The translations under genes were made by a program, and so were the position numbers. From IMG/VR virus record IMGVR_UViG_3300023184_000035, positions 1 to 64,000 of that record: a DNA stretch of 64,000 bases; one strand, given 5' to 3'. Of this stretch, positions 30,684 through 40,279 are shown one piece after another. Origin of the DNA: a virus. The first letter of the stretch is position 1. Each line of letters opens with the position of its first letter. A model generated the notes under the pieces. That model saw only the letters and a program-made list of their open reading frames with translations, made no database searches and was not told the DNA's origin.

Positions 30684-30802
30684 TGATGTATGACTTTAGT
30701 TGGAGTGATCCTCTTAGTTGGATAGCAATAGGAGTACCGGTTGTGATCTTTGCTGGTATTGTTATTGGTATCTGGGAATTGTCAAAATGGATTTGGAGTT
30801 GA
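30683..30802 (+). CDS. small single-TM protein (39 aa, not in ORF track)
   Basis: MMYDFSWSDPLSWIAIGVPVVIFAGIVIGIWELSKWIWS fills the gap exactly. Confidence 0.6.
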   Translation: MMYDFSWSDPLSWIAIGVPVVIFAGIVIGIWELSKWIWS

Positions 30803-30805
30803 ATA

Positions 30806-31231
30806 ATGGGACTTGACATGTATGCATACGTGGCCGCCCGAGCAGGCCAGCAAGATGAATTTTACGAAGGTGCAGAGCTTGATCCTGACACTAGGGAATA
30901 TGTAAACCCCACGGTCAATAAGCCGCGACAAATTTGTTACTGGCGCAAACATCCCAACCTGCATGGATGGATGGCTCAACGCTGGCTGGCTCGTGAAGGC
31001 AATGCCTTACGAGAAACAGACAACTTCAACGGCATTGAATTTGAACTCACACGCGAGGACTTGGATGACTTAGAAGCCACAGTAAAGGCACGTGAACTAC
31101 CAGCAACATCAGGATTCTTTTTTGGTAGCGATGCTGACAAACACTACTACAACGATGATTTGAAATTCATCCAAGAAGCCCGAGCAGAAATGTTCTTGGG
31201 TTTGAAAGTGTTTTACAACAGTTCGTGGTAG
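30806..31231 (+). CDS. conserved phage hypothetical protein (MGLD...YWRK...GFFFG...SSW)
   Basis: Motif pattern seen in many phage ORFs. Confidence 0.8.
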   Translation: MGLDMYAYVAARAGQQDEFYEGAELDPDTREYVNPTVNKPRQICYWRKHPNLHGWMAQRWLAREGNALRETDNFNGIEFELTREDLDDLEATVKARELPATSGFFFGSDADKHYYNDDLKFIQEARAEMFLGLKVFYNSSW

Positions 31232-31286
31232 TATTCTTATTAAAATAATACAAGCATGATGACTCAATTCCAAGGCAATTAAATAT

Positions 31287-32675
31287 ATGAATGACATTGA
31301 CTTCACACACAAACAATTCAACGGTATCACTGTGGCAGCCGACTGGATAAGGGACCTTGAAAGTTCGGACAGCCGACTGCACAAAGAGCGGGTGATTGAA
31401 AAAGCCCTGATGGCCTCAAAGTTGGGCAGTGCCAATGCGCAATGTTTTTTGTTCAATTGCTATCAAGCCTATAATCCCTACTACACATTCCATGTTCGAC
31501 AGGTGCCCGAGAGCGAAGGTATTGAGCATGCAGAAAATCCTTGGCCTGTATTTTGGGGACTGTTGGAAGGCCTGCGCACACGATCATTTACCGGACATCG
31601 TGCCCGAGATGCCATTGCGGAATGTATGAAACGCTTTGACAGTGTGGAGTGGAACAATCTCTGCAGACGTGTTATCACCAAAGACCTACGATGCGGCATC
31701 AGTGAGAAAACACTGAACAAAGTGCTGGGCCGAACAGAGTGGCGTATTCCTGTGTTCACTTGCCAGTTAGCACAAGATTCAACGGACCAACCCAAGAAGT
31801 TAAAAGGTATCAAACGCCTGGAGTGCAAGTTAGATGGTGTGCGTGTGCTGGCTGTGATTGAAGATGGCAATGTCACACTGTACAGCCGTAATGGCAAGGT
31901 GTTTGAAAACTTCCCCGAAATTGAAGAAGCTGTTCGACAACACAGCACCAAGTTCATGCTGGGCGATGGTGGCGGTCATAGAGTGCATCAACGCCTAGTC
32001 TTGGACGGTGAAATTGTGGGCGAGAGTTTTCAGAAGCTGATGAAACAGGCACATCGCAAAAGCAATGCAGTGACCACAGGCATGACCTATCATATCTTTG
32101 ACATGTTGCCCTTGAGCAGTTTTCAAGAAGGTCACTTTAACGCACAACAACACAAACGTATTGAGAGCCTGGAACGTGCTCGGGCTCGACTGCCCGAACA
32201 TGGTCCTTTGCAGATCATGAACGGCCTGGACGTGGACCTGGACACAGCCGAAGGGCATGACATCATGCAACGCTATGCCGAAGCTGCCATTGAAGGTGGT
32301 TTTGAAGGCATCATGATCAAGAGCATGGACGCACCGTACCTGTGCAAACGCACAGATTCATGGATGAAATGGAAACCCACAATCACAGTTGACCTGAACA
32401 TTGTGGGATTTGAACAAGGTACTGGTCGCAATCTAAACCGCCTGGGTGCTATAATCTGTGAAGGAGATGACAATGGACGACATATACGAGTCAATGTTGG
32501 TAGTGGCCTGTCTGATAGCGATCGTGATGAGTATTGGAACAGCAGGGACACTCTTCTTGGTCACTTGGTGGAAGTGCAGGCTGACGCAGTTACGCAAAAC
32601 CAAGACGGATCATACAGTTTGAGATTCCCAAGATTTTTACGTTTCAGAGATTTTGAAGCCGGCGAAAAAGTATGA
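31287..32675 (+). CDS. ATP-dependent DNA ligase
   Basis: KLDGVR, LDGE, EGIMIK, WMKWK, SLRFPRF. Confidence 0.96.
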   Translation: MNDIDFTHKQFNGITVAADWIRDLESSDSRLHKERVIEKALMASKLGSANAQCFLFNCYQAYNPYYTFHVRQVPESEGIEHAENPWPVFWGLLEGLRTRSFTGHRARDAIAECMKRFDSVEWNNLCRRVITKDLRCGISEKTLNKVLGRTEWRIPVFTCQLAQDSTDQPKKLKGIKRLECKLDGVRVLAVIEDGNVTLYSRNGKVFENFPEIEEAVRQHSTKFMLGDGGGHRVHQRLVLDGEIVGESFQKLMKQAHRKSNAVTTGMTYHIFDMLPLSSFQEGHFNAQQHKRIESLERARARLPEHGPLQIMNGLDVDLDTAEGHDIMQRYAEAAIEGGFEGIMIKSMDAPYLCKRTDSWMKWKPTITVDLNIVGFEQGTGRNLNRLGAIICEGDDNGRHIRVNVGSGLSDSDRDEYWNSRDTLLGHLVEVQADAVTQNQDGSYSLRFPRFLRFRDFEAGEKV

Positions 32676-32959
32676 TCAATCTTAACTTTAACCTATACAA
32701 TCCCTGGAGCCGTCGTTGGGATATCATGTGGAACCGGTTCCTTTGGACCAAACACGGTACGTTGACCACACACAAAGTCTGCGAATTTAACGGCTATCGC
32801 ACCAACCATGTCATTGACTTGGAGTTTGATCTAACATTCCGAGGTGACCATGCCGGCGCCAGAGTCATGCTGGGCGTGTTTGGATATAGTGTTGAACTGC
32901 ACGTCTACGACACCCGACACTGGGACTATGAAACCGACACCTGGGAAGTGTATGACTAA
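32672..32959 (+). CDS. hypothetical protein
   Basis: ATGA overlap; DHAG..YDTRHW. Confidence 0.7.
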   Translation: MINLNFNLYNPWSRRWDIMWNRFLWTKHGTLTTHKVCEFNGYRTNHVIDLEFDLTFRGDHAGARVMLGVFGYSVELHVYDTRHWDYETDTWEVYD

Positions 32960-33419
32960 GAGACTCTACTACGAAAAACGTGGGCGTAGGTATGTACCTG
33001 TTGCGGAACATGACTACGAACTACATGATGCCATGCCCAAGGGCAACCATTTGATCATGTGTTATCCTGGCGGGCGTAGCACACGCTACAACATTGAGCC
33101 GGCCTTGGCTCCCATGATCGCCGCTGGCCGTGTGGCCGAAGATCGCATGTGTGCAGCAATGCGTAAGGCCAGTGAAATGCGGCCATCTCGTACACCTATC
33201 ACTCCAGGACAGCAAAGAGCTTGGAAAAAGTTAGCCAAAGAATTTGGAGACGAGCTGGCCACATTGAACGGTGCTAGTTCCAGAGACATAGCCGAAGCCG
33301 GCTTAAAAGCCATGCAAGAGGAAGCTGAAAAACTCTTGACCAACCCTGCTGTGAAACTGGCCTATGAGCAGTTTCTCCTAGTGTGTGAATTGACTAAAAA
33401 ACAAGTTGACAACGCCTGA
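32952..33419 (+). CDS. hypothetical protein
   Basis: MTKRLYYEKRGRRYVPV start overlapping the upstream stop. Confidence 0.75.
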   Translation: MTKRLYYEKRGRRYVPVAEHDYELHDAMPKGNHLIMCYPGGRSTRYNIEPALAPMIAAGRVAEDRMCAAMRKASEMRPSRTPITPGQQRAWKKLAKEFGDELATLNGASSRDIAEAGLKAMQEEAEKLLTNPAVKLAYEQFLLVCELTKKQVDNA

Positions 33420-33434
33420 CTTGTGCAGTATAAT
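33406..33434 (+). promoter_or_regulatory. perfect sigma70 promoter
   Basis: TTGACA(33406-33411)-17 nt-TATAAT(33429-33434). Confidence 0.88.
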
Positions 33435-33440
33435 TACTGT

Positions 33441-33630
33441 GCATGACCAGGGAGATTGGGTGGTTTAATGGGTGCAACAGAGAAAGATCTTTAACCGGTT
33501 CTGTTGCATGCCGTGGCATCAGAAGCAGAAATCCCGTAGGATGAGACACTGGCTAGACCTGGCAACAGGTCAAAACACTGGCTGATACCCAGTGGAGTAT
33601 GCCCATGTAGATAAAAACAGTGTAAAGGAT
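33441..33630 (+). ncRNA. candidate structured ncRNA or long 5' leader
   Basis: Longest noncoding gap in the window; five hairpins including GACCTG-GCAA-CAGGTC. Confidence 0.5.
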
Positions 33631-33634
33631 AGTA

Positions 33635-33952
33635 ATGTCTGTTGAAATTGAAACCTCTGCGCAGAGTACGTTTGAATCCCTTGACTCTCTTAAATTAACG
33701 CCCTTGGTCATGCACCGTATTCAAGTGGAACTGCGTGACATTGCCACATGGTATGCAGTTATTCGAGAACTCAATCAGGTGTATGGGGCCAACAACTGGC
33801 GGGGCCAAAGTCATGTTCGACGACGCCTGGAAGGCTTGATCTGGGACGACAGCAAGTCTCTCTGGGTTTGGTTTGACGTGCCTGATGTGTCCATTACATC
33901 TTGGTTGGCCGTTAAACTAGCCGTCCAAGTGCGTATACCACCCAATAAATAA
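33635..33952 (+). CDS. hypothetical protein
   Basis: AAGGA SD; 105 aa. Confidence 0.7.
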   Translation: MSVEIETSAQSTFESLDSLKLTPLVMHRIQVELRDIATWYAVIRELNQVYGANNWRGQSHVRRRLEGLIWDDSKSLWVWFDVPDVSITSWLAVKLAVQVRIPPNK

Positions 33953-33956
33953 ATCT

Positions 33957-35474
33957 ATGTTCCTCAGTTATTTCACATTGTTAACCGCGCTCTCTTTGAG
34001 CATGGTAGCGGCCTGGTACAGTATCTTGGGCCTTACTGCTATTTTTGCGTCAGCAGTTGTGCCCATTATCATCATGGGATCAATACTGGAAGTGGCCAAG
34101 GTCACTGTCACAGTATGGTTGCACGAATACTGGCCACGATGCCGACTGCTGATGAAAATATACCTGGTGCCGGCTGTGGGTATGCTAATGGTGATAACAT
34201 CAATGGGCATCTTTGGTTTCCTATCAAAGGCACACAGTGACCAAAATTTAATCAGCGGTGATGTACTCAGCAAGATTGCAATATATGATGAAAAGATCAA
34301 GACCCAAAAGGAAAATATTGAAGCAAACCGTAAAGCACTTAAACAGATGGATGAGGGAGTGGACTCGGTATTGGGCCGCTCAGCAGATGAAAAAGGTGCC
34401 GACAAGGCTGTGGCTTTGCGAAGAGCCCAGCAGAAAGAGCGTGTTAGACTTCAAGCTGAAATACTACAGTCGCAGAAGTCCATTGCGGAACTTACGGATG
34501 CCCGTGCGCCTGTTGCCGCCGAGGTACGTAAGGTCGAAGCAGAAGTTGGGCCAATTAAGTATATCGCGGCGTTCATCTACGGGGACAACCCGGACGCCAA
34601 TGTACTAGAACGTGCTGTGCGTTGGGTCATCATCATCTTGGTTGTGGTGTTTGATCCCTTGGCCATCATGATGGTGCTGGCTGCCACAGAGAGCATGAAG
34701 TGGGAACGTGAACGCCGAGCCGAACAACCTGCTTACGAGGCCGATGATGGGCCATTGACCGATGAACAAGTTACACAACTGCGTGAGACAGCGCAAGCAG
34801 AATTGCCCACAGGTGAAACTGTGGCCATCAGCAAGTTGTTTGATGATCCAGGTGAACATCCTGCAGACACATTTGATCATGAATTACCACAAGACCCGCA
34901 CCCGCCAGGGTGGATGTATGACGATTTGGCATCACATCCCATACTTGATGAACATGCGGTAGAAGAAATTGTTGCTGAATTTGATCACGCTCGCGCCGCC
35001 GTGGCATTCGATCAGGCGTACTTGAACGCCGTGGCACAAGACATTGAACCGGAAGATACAGACGATGTTGGGATCAAAGCCGCAATCAAGCAGTGGAAAA
35101 CTGAAAATCCTGATGGCACCATAAAAGAAGAACGTGCCAAATTGGCTCGTGGTCAGATTCAACAACTACCGTGGACACAACTGGTGGCGGACAATGACCT
35201 GGGAAGAGAGCCCACATCTGGGTTTGGCATTAGTTTTCCTAATAAGCCCATCAAAGGTGACACATACATGCGTGTGGATCAAATGCCCAATGTGCTGTAC
35301 AAGTTCAACGGACACCATTGGATTATTGTGGACAAGAATTTAACTGATAACTACACATACGACGATGCATATATTGAGCATTTGATCGCCAAGCTCACAA
35401 GTGGAGAATATGATCCAGACATGCTGAGTGACGCAGAAGCTGATGCCATTGCTCGTCGTGTAAAACCAATTTAA
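33957..35474 (+). CDS. multi-TM membrane protein with coiled coil
   Basis: Three N-terminal TMs, coiled coil, EVGPIKY, TM with FDPLA, acidic tail. Confidence 0.8.
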   Translation: MFLSYFTLLTALSLSMVAAWYSILGLTAIFASAVVPIIIMGSILEVAKVTVTVWLHEYWPRCRLLMKIYLVPAVGMLMVITSMGIFGFLSKAHSDQNLISGDVLSKIAIYDEKIKTQKENIEANRKALKQMDEGVDSVLGRSADEKGADKAVALRRAQQKERVRLQAEILQSQKSIAELTDARAPVAAEVRKVEAEVGPIKYIAAFIYGDNPDANVLERAVRWVIIILVVVFDPLAIMMVLAATESMKWERERRAEQPAYEADDGPLTDEQVTQLRETAQAELPTGETVAISKLFDDPGEHPADTFDHELPQDPHPPGWMYDDLASHPILDEHAVEEIVAEFDHARAAVAFDQAYLNAVAQDIEPEDTDDVGIKAAIKQWKTENPDGTIKEERAKLARGQIQQLPWTQLVADNDLGREPTSGFGISFPNKPIKGDTYMRVDQMPNVLYKFNGHHWIIVDKNLTDNYTYDDAYIEHLIAKLTSGEYDPDMLSDAEADAIARRVKPI

Positions 35475-35476
35475 AT

Positions 35477-36685
35477 ATGAAATCATCTGACACGTTAGAC
35501 AACTGTAGTTTCTGCGGCAAACACAAAGACAGTGTGGCCAAACTCATAGTAGGTAATGAAGTCTCTATCTGCAACGAGTGTGTGGACTTGTGCCAGACCT
35601 TACTTGTAGAAGAACTGCCTGAGAAATCAAAAGAAATCACAGACGACACTTTGGATCCCAGAGCCATCAAAGATCACTTGGACAATTATGTGATTGGGCA
35701 GGATCATGCCAAAATGGTATTGAGTGTGGCCATTGCCAATCACTACAAACGCATAGCCAATGCTGATCCAGATGTGGAAATTGAAAAAGCCAACATCCTT
35801 ATGTTGGGGCCAACCGGCTCAGGTAAAACATTGTTGGCACGTACAGTGGCACGTTACTTGGATGTGCCATTTGTGATTGCAGATGCTACAAGTTTAACCG
35901 AAGCCGGCTACGTGGGCGACGATGTAGAGAGCCTGATCACAAGACTGTACACAGCAGCCGGCGGCGATGTGGCAAAAACTCAGCGCGGTATTGTGTTTGT
36001 GGACGAAATTGACAAGATCAGTCGGCGTAGCGAGAGTGCCAGTATCACTAGAGATGTGTCAGGCGAAGGTGTACAGCAAGCATTGTTGAAACTGGTGGAG
36101 GGCACCCGGTGCAGAATTACCCCACAAGGTGGTCGCAAGCACCCGCAAGGTGAAACTGTGGAAATTGACACAGCCAACATATTGTTTATTGCTGGCGGCG
36201 CATTTGTGGGACTAGACAGCATTGTCAAGAGTCGTGTTAAAGGCACCAGCATAGGATTCAATGCCAAGGTCAGTGTAGACACCGGTGCACACCTGGATCA
36301 AACCACACCTGAAGATCTAATCAAATTTGGCATGATACCTGAGTTTGTGGGACGTTTCCCCAGTTGGGTGGCCTTGAATGAGCTTACCAAACCGGACCTG
36401 ATACGTATACTTCAAGATGTCAAACACAGTTATGTCAGCCAGTATCAGTGGATATTCAAGCGAGATCAAGTTGAACTAAACTTTAGCCCAGACAGCCTAG
36501 ATCTCATTGCTGAACGCACTATTGCCAACAAAACTGGTGCCCGTGGGTTACACAGCGAACTAGAACGTGTGCTGTTGCCACACATGTACGACTTGGCTCG
36601 TTATCGCAAAGGCGGCATCCAGACCTTGAATATCAATACTGACCTGGTAAATAATCCTGAATCACTTCGGGAAATAAATGAATAA
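35477..36685 (+). CDS. clpX: ClpX AAA+ unfoldase
   Basis: CSFC/CNEC Zn finger, GPTGSGKT, GYVG, DEIDK, RKH, IGF loop. Confidence 0.97.
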   Translation: MKSSDTLDNCSFCGKHKDSVAKLIVGNEVSICNECVDLCQTLLVEELPEKSKEITDDTLDPRAIKDHLDNYVIGQDHAKMVLSVAIANHYKRIANADPDVEIEKANILMLGPTGSGKTLLARTVARYLDVPFVIADATSLTEAGYVGDDVESLITRLYTAAGGDVAKTQRGIVFVDEIDKISRRSESASITRDVSGEGVQQALLKLVEGTRCRITPQGGRKHPQGETVEIDTANILFIAGGAFVGLDSIVKSRVKGTSIGFNAKVSVDTGAHLDQTTPEDLIKFGMIPEFVGRFPSWVALNELTKPDLIRILQDVKHSYVSQYQWIFKRDQVELNFSPDSLDLIAERTIANKTGARGLHSELERVLLPHMYDLARYRKGGIQTLNINTDLVNNPESLREINE

Positions 36686-36902
36686 ACCACATGCTAGATC
36701 AGTCATAGTACAAGACAACAATGTTGAAAAAGCCCTGCGCAAGTTCAAGAAAAAAGTGCAGAACTCAGGCATACTGAATGATCTCCGTGAACGTGAATTC
36801 TACATCAAACCCACCACAGAGCGCAAACTCAAACGCAGTGCAGCCCGAAATCGTTGGCGCAAGTACATTGAAGGTCAGCAACTGCCCCCACGAACACATT
36901 GA
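36678..36902 (+). CDS. rpsU: ribosomal protein bS21
   Basis: V..NNVEKALRKFKKKV..G...LREREFYIKPT..RK. Confidence 0.92.
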   Translation: MNKPHARSVIVQDNNVEKALRKFKKKVQNSGILNDLREREFYIKPTTERKLKRSAARNRWRKYIEGQQLPPRTH

Positions 36903-36905
36903 ATA

Positions 36906-37856
36906 ATGAAATGTTTGATAAGCCATAGAGCTGATCAGTATATTACTCATCGCCTTGAACAAAACTTTGAAGTGGTCAGAATTGATCTTGCACAGGTGCA
37001 TGAGTATGATGCTAGAAATCATGTGGTGTTTGTGGATGTGTCAGACACCGAGTTAATTAGCCAACTACGCAATCAAGGATTTGGGCTGATCATATCCAAG
37101 TTTTATGATGAGATACTGGATGATGCTCGTGGTACGTACACAGAAGACAACTGCTTGTACTTGTACGCAAGAAACTGGTGCCGCATGCACAGTGCCACAA
37201 TATGGACCAAGGCACAATACAATTACATTAGACCCGCTGCAACGCCTGACCAATTCTTTTTGCTAATGATGAATTTGCAAAGGGAACACCGAACTCAATT
37301 GTTTGACGCTACTCAGCCCTATCACGCAGAGTCATTGTACAGTTACATAGAGCAAGGGCATTACTTGCCAGATGATGCTCCACTGTCCGCGCAAAAACGT
37401 GGCACCAGCGATCAACATTTTTACAACCCTGCTTGGTATACAAGAACCAATTTCAGCATGGTATCTGAAGCAAGAGTGCAGTGGCCGTCACGATCCGCCA
37501 CAGCACGATTTGTCACTGAAAAAACGTTTAAACCCATTGCAGCACAACATCCTTTTATGGTGTATGGAACTCCGGGCACACTGGCGTATTTGCATGAGTT
37601 GGGATTTGAAACATTTGATCATGTGATTGATGAAAGTTATGATCATGTAACTGATCCGGCAGCACGGCTTGATGCAATTAAAAAAATACTTGATGCACTG
37701 TATCAACCATATCAACAAGGTCAGCAGTTGTTTGCTGATACAATATCTCAGCAAAAAACACTGCACAATTATTATAATTTTTATGATCCAGGCAAACTAA
37801 ACCAGCTGTGGACCACAGAAATTATCAATCCCATTGGAGAGTTTTTAAATGCATAA
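36906..37856 (+). CDS. GT10-like putative glycosyltransferase, copy 3
   Basis: VTEKTFKPIAAQHPFMVYG..GFETF..IDESYD. Confidence 0.6.
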   Translation: MKCLISHRADQYITHRLEQNFEVVRIDLAQVHEYDARNHVVFVDVSDTELISQLRNQGFGLIISKFYDEILDDARGTYTEDNCLYLYARNWCRMHSATIWTKAQYNYIRPAATPDQFFLLMMNLQREHRTQLFDATQPYHAESLYSYIEQGHYLPDDAPLSAQKRGTSDQHFYNPAWYTRTNFSMVSEARVQWPSRSATARFVTEKTFKPIAAQHPFMVYGTPGTLAYLHELGFETFDHVIDESYDHVTDPAARLDAIKKILDALYQPYQQGQQLFADTISQQKTLHNYYNFYDPGKLNQLWTTEIINPIGEFLNA

Positions 37857-38541
37857 ACTGGGCTTGATTGGCAGTCGTGGATTGTTTGGTAATGAAATTT
37901 GTAAATTTTACACCCCCACACTGGTTTACAATTCCAACAACATTAGTGATCTAGCACAGGAACAATTTGACACAGTGATCTGCGCTGCACCCGGTGCCAA
38001 CCGCCGAACAGCACAAGCAGATCCCAAAGCAGATTCTGCCAGTGTGGATCGAATCATTGCAGCTCTGAGCGCCCAACGCATACAACGTGTAGTGCTGATT
38101 GGCACAATTGATGCTGTGGTCAATCCTGATACTGCATATGGTCAAAATCGACTGCGCCTGGAAAACTTTGTCAAGCAGGAATTTGAGCACCACTATGTGC
38201 TGAGATTTGGCAACATTGTGGGGCCTGGCATAAAAAAGAATGTGCTGTTTGATCTCAAGCATGATCAATTTTTAGACAGCATAAATTTGGATTCAGTAAC
38301 ACAATGGTATCCCTTGGATCGTTTGCAATCAGATATTGAGCATGCACTGTCGCACCACAGTTACGAACACACCTTGGTGTCAGAGCCCATTCAAGTACGG
38401 GAAATTGTACAAAAGTTCTTCCCTGAAAAGCTCAGTCAGGTAGGCACCGCACCAGGACCAAGAGCCAATTACAACCTGCCTCCCAGTTTTTCAAAACAAT
38501 TGGTGTTTGAAAAAATGGCACAGTACTGCCAAAAAAATTGA
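37849..38541 (+). CDS. NAD(P)-binding epimerase/dehydratase-like protein
   Basis: LIGSRGLFG Rossmann loop; YGQNR at the YxxxK position. Confidence 0.75.
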   Translation: MHKLGLIGSRGLFGNEICKFYTPTLVYNSNNISDLAQEQFDTVICAAPGANRRTAQADPKADSASVDRIIAALSAQRIQRVVLIGTIDAVVNPDTAYGQNRLRLENFVKQEFEHHYVLRFGNIVGPGIKKNVLFDLKHDQFLDSINLDSVTQWYPLDRLQSDIEHALSHHSYEHTLVSEPIQVREIVQKFFPEKLSQVGTAPGPRANYNLPPSFSKQLVFEKMAQYCQKN

Positions 38542-38637
38542 CTTCAGTTGAAATTTGTGTTATAAATATACATGTAGTGCCCATAGTGGGGCTACAAATC
38601 AAAAAGTCATCTTGCTTAATAAAGGAGAAAACAAATG
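38538..38637 (+). promoter_or_regulatory. promoter (TTGACT-17-TATAAA, overlapping TATAAATA) and ROSE-like RNA thermometer of hsp20
   Basis: TCTTGCTT(38610-38617) pairs with AAGGAGA(38622-38628) with a bulged G; upstream hairpin at 38574-38595. Confidence 0.75.
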
Positions 38638-39093
38638 ACAAAAACTCTAACCCTTCGCACATTCGATATTCCCTCAATTCACAAATTTGGTATTGGTTTC
38701 GACAACCTGTTTGATGATCTCATGCGTGTGAATGCCCAACAAAGCAGCAACAACTATCCACCTTATGACATTGTGCAAATCAATGATGATGAGTACATGA
38801 TCAGTTTGGCTGTGGCTGGTTTTGGACCGGACAACCTAAGTATTACCAAGGACAAAAAATTCTTGATAATTGAAGGCCAGCACAGTCGTGAGACCGTGGA
38901 CAACGAAGATTCAACTGCAAAGTACTTGCACAAAGGCATCAGCGAACGAAGTTTCCGCAGGGAATTTCAACTGGCCGATCACGTGGAAATCAGCAATGCA
39001 CATCTTGAACTTGGTATCCTCAGTGTTCATCTAAAACGTGAAGTTCCTGAAGAAGTCAAACCAAAGACCATTGCGATCTCTTACAAAGAGTAA
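38635..39093 (+). CDS. small heat-shock protein Hsp20 (IbpA-like)
   Basis: IGFD, YPPYDI, LAVAGF, YLHKGI..R.F.R.F.LA. Confidence 0.95.
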   Translation: MTKTLTLRTFDIPSIHKFGIGFDNLFDDLMRVNAQQSSNNYPPYDIVQINDDEYMISLAVAGFGPDNLSITKDKKFLIIEGQHSRETVDNEDSTAKYLHKGISERSFRREFQLADHVEISNAHLELGILSVHLKREVPEEVKPKTIAISYKE

Positions 39094-39132
39094 TATAATG
39101 TAAATACAGTGACAGCAATCCTGCTGTCACTG
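39071..39132 (+). promoter_or_regulatory. sigma70 plus late promoter and 11-bp perfect hairpin before clpS
   Basis: TTGCGA-17 nt-TATAAT, TAAATA (39101-39106), CAGTGACAGCA-ATCC-TGCTGTCACTG. Confidence 0.65.
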
Positions 39133-39158
39133 ATTGTGTAACAATGCAAGGAATACAA

Positions 39159-39470
39159 ATGTCACAGAGCGATACCCGCACAAGAATCAAACCATCAGAA
39201 GCTGTGAAAGAGCCGCCTATGTTTAAAGTTATCTACTTGAATGATAATCAAACCACAATGGATTTTGTTGTAGACAGCCTGATTGAGTACTTTGATTACA
39301 CTGCTGAAACTGCTGAACAAATCACTGTAGATATTCATCAAGCAGGACAGGCCACTGTGGCGGTGTTACCTTATGAAATCGCCGAACAAAAAGGCATTGA
39401 AGTCACGCTGAGTGCAAGATCACAAAGCTATCCACTGCAAATCAAACTGGAACCTGAAACTGTAAATTAA
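39159..39470 (+). CDS. clpS: N-end-rule adaptor ClpS
   Basis: PPMFKVIYLNDNQTTMDFVV..IH..G..EIAEQK..YPL. Confidence 0.93.
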   Translation: MSQSDTRTRIKPSEAVKEPPMFKVIYLNDNQTTMDFVVDSLIEYFDYTAETAEQITVDIHQAGQATVAVLPYEIAEQKGIEVTLSARSQSYPLQIKLEPETVN

Positions 39471-40255
39471 TCGTCTACAACAATGCGTAGCGGATGGTAC
39501 ACGTACTGACGCCACTCAGTATCACCCCGGCCCCTGCAGTTGTTGATAAAACGCACACCTTGACGTGCTTGGTCCACACTTCCGTGATAATGTCCAAAGC
39601 ACCAGGTGTGTATTTTCTTTTGTGTGTCTGCACTCAATGCTCGCATCATGAATCCATTGCCCATGGTGTTGAATCGCAGTGTGTCAGCAAGCCCAATGTC
39701 GTGTGCAATCAAACTTGAATTGGGTACTGTATGTGTCACACACACAATCTTTCGAACATCATTATGAGTTTGCAATCGTTTGATACTTGTGACCATGTAA
39801 GTGGCATCTGTTGTGGCCAGGCGCCCAGTGGTCTTGGCCACTTGCGCACTGACTTGGCATTGATTCTGGAACCACAGTGATGTTTGCTCTGCATCTATTG
39901 ACGGGTCAAGGTTGTAAGTCCACCAACCATTGGTGCCTACTATTGCAACCCCATCTACTACCACAACATTATCTTGCAAAAACACAACGTTGGGTATGCG
40001 CTTTATTCGATGTGCAAGATCAGCATAACTGGCATTCAAGTCATCATAGAAGTACCGGTGCTCATCATTGCCATCTACGTAAAACACTGCTTGATAACAA
40101 CTGCCAAGATGCCGCAACATGTCAATCACAGTGTCGCGATCTCGTGCAAGATCTCCTGCTACAACACAATATGGACTGGTGGCACGGCCAGACCAATCAA
40201 AATCAGGCCAAGTTTCTGAGTGAATATCAGAAATTAAATCAAATGCAAAACTCAT
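39467..40255 (-). CDS. calcineurin-like metallophosphoesterase
   Basis: SDIH, AGD, GNDE, THT, GHYH. Confidence 0.85.
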   Translation of the reverse strand: MSFAFDLISDIHSETWPDFDWSGRATSPYCVVAGDLARDRDTVIDMLRHLGSCYQAVFYVDGNDEHRYFYDDLNASYADLAHRIKRIPNVVFLQDNVVVVDGVAIVGTNGWWTYNLDPSIDAEQTSLWFQNQCQVSAQVAKTTGRLATTDATYMVTSIKRLQTHNDVRKIVCVTHTVPNSSLIAHDIGLADTLRFNTMGNGFMMRALSADTQKKIHTWCFGHYHGSVDQARQGVRFINNCRGRGDTEWRQYVYHPLRIVVDD

Positions 40256-40279
40256 GATACATATTTAAAAGGAAACTGT

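Noticed and set aside
33441-33630. Assignment as tRNA, tmRNA, RNase P or hammerhead ribozyme
   Set aside because: I see no T-loop or CCA cloverleaf, no GAGGAAAGUC and no CUGANGA core; it is left unassigned
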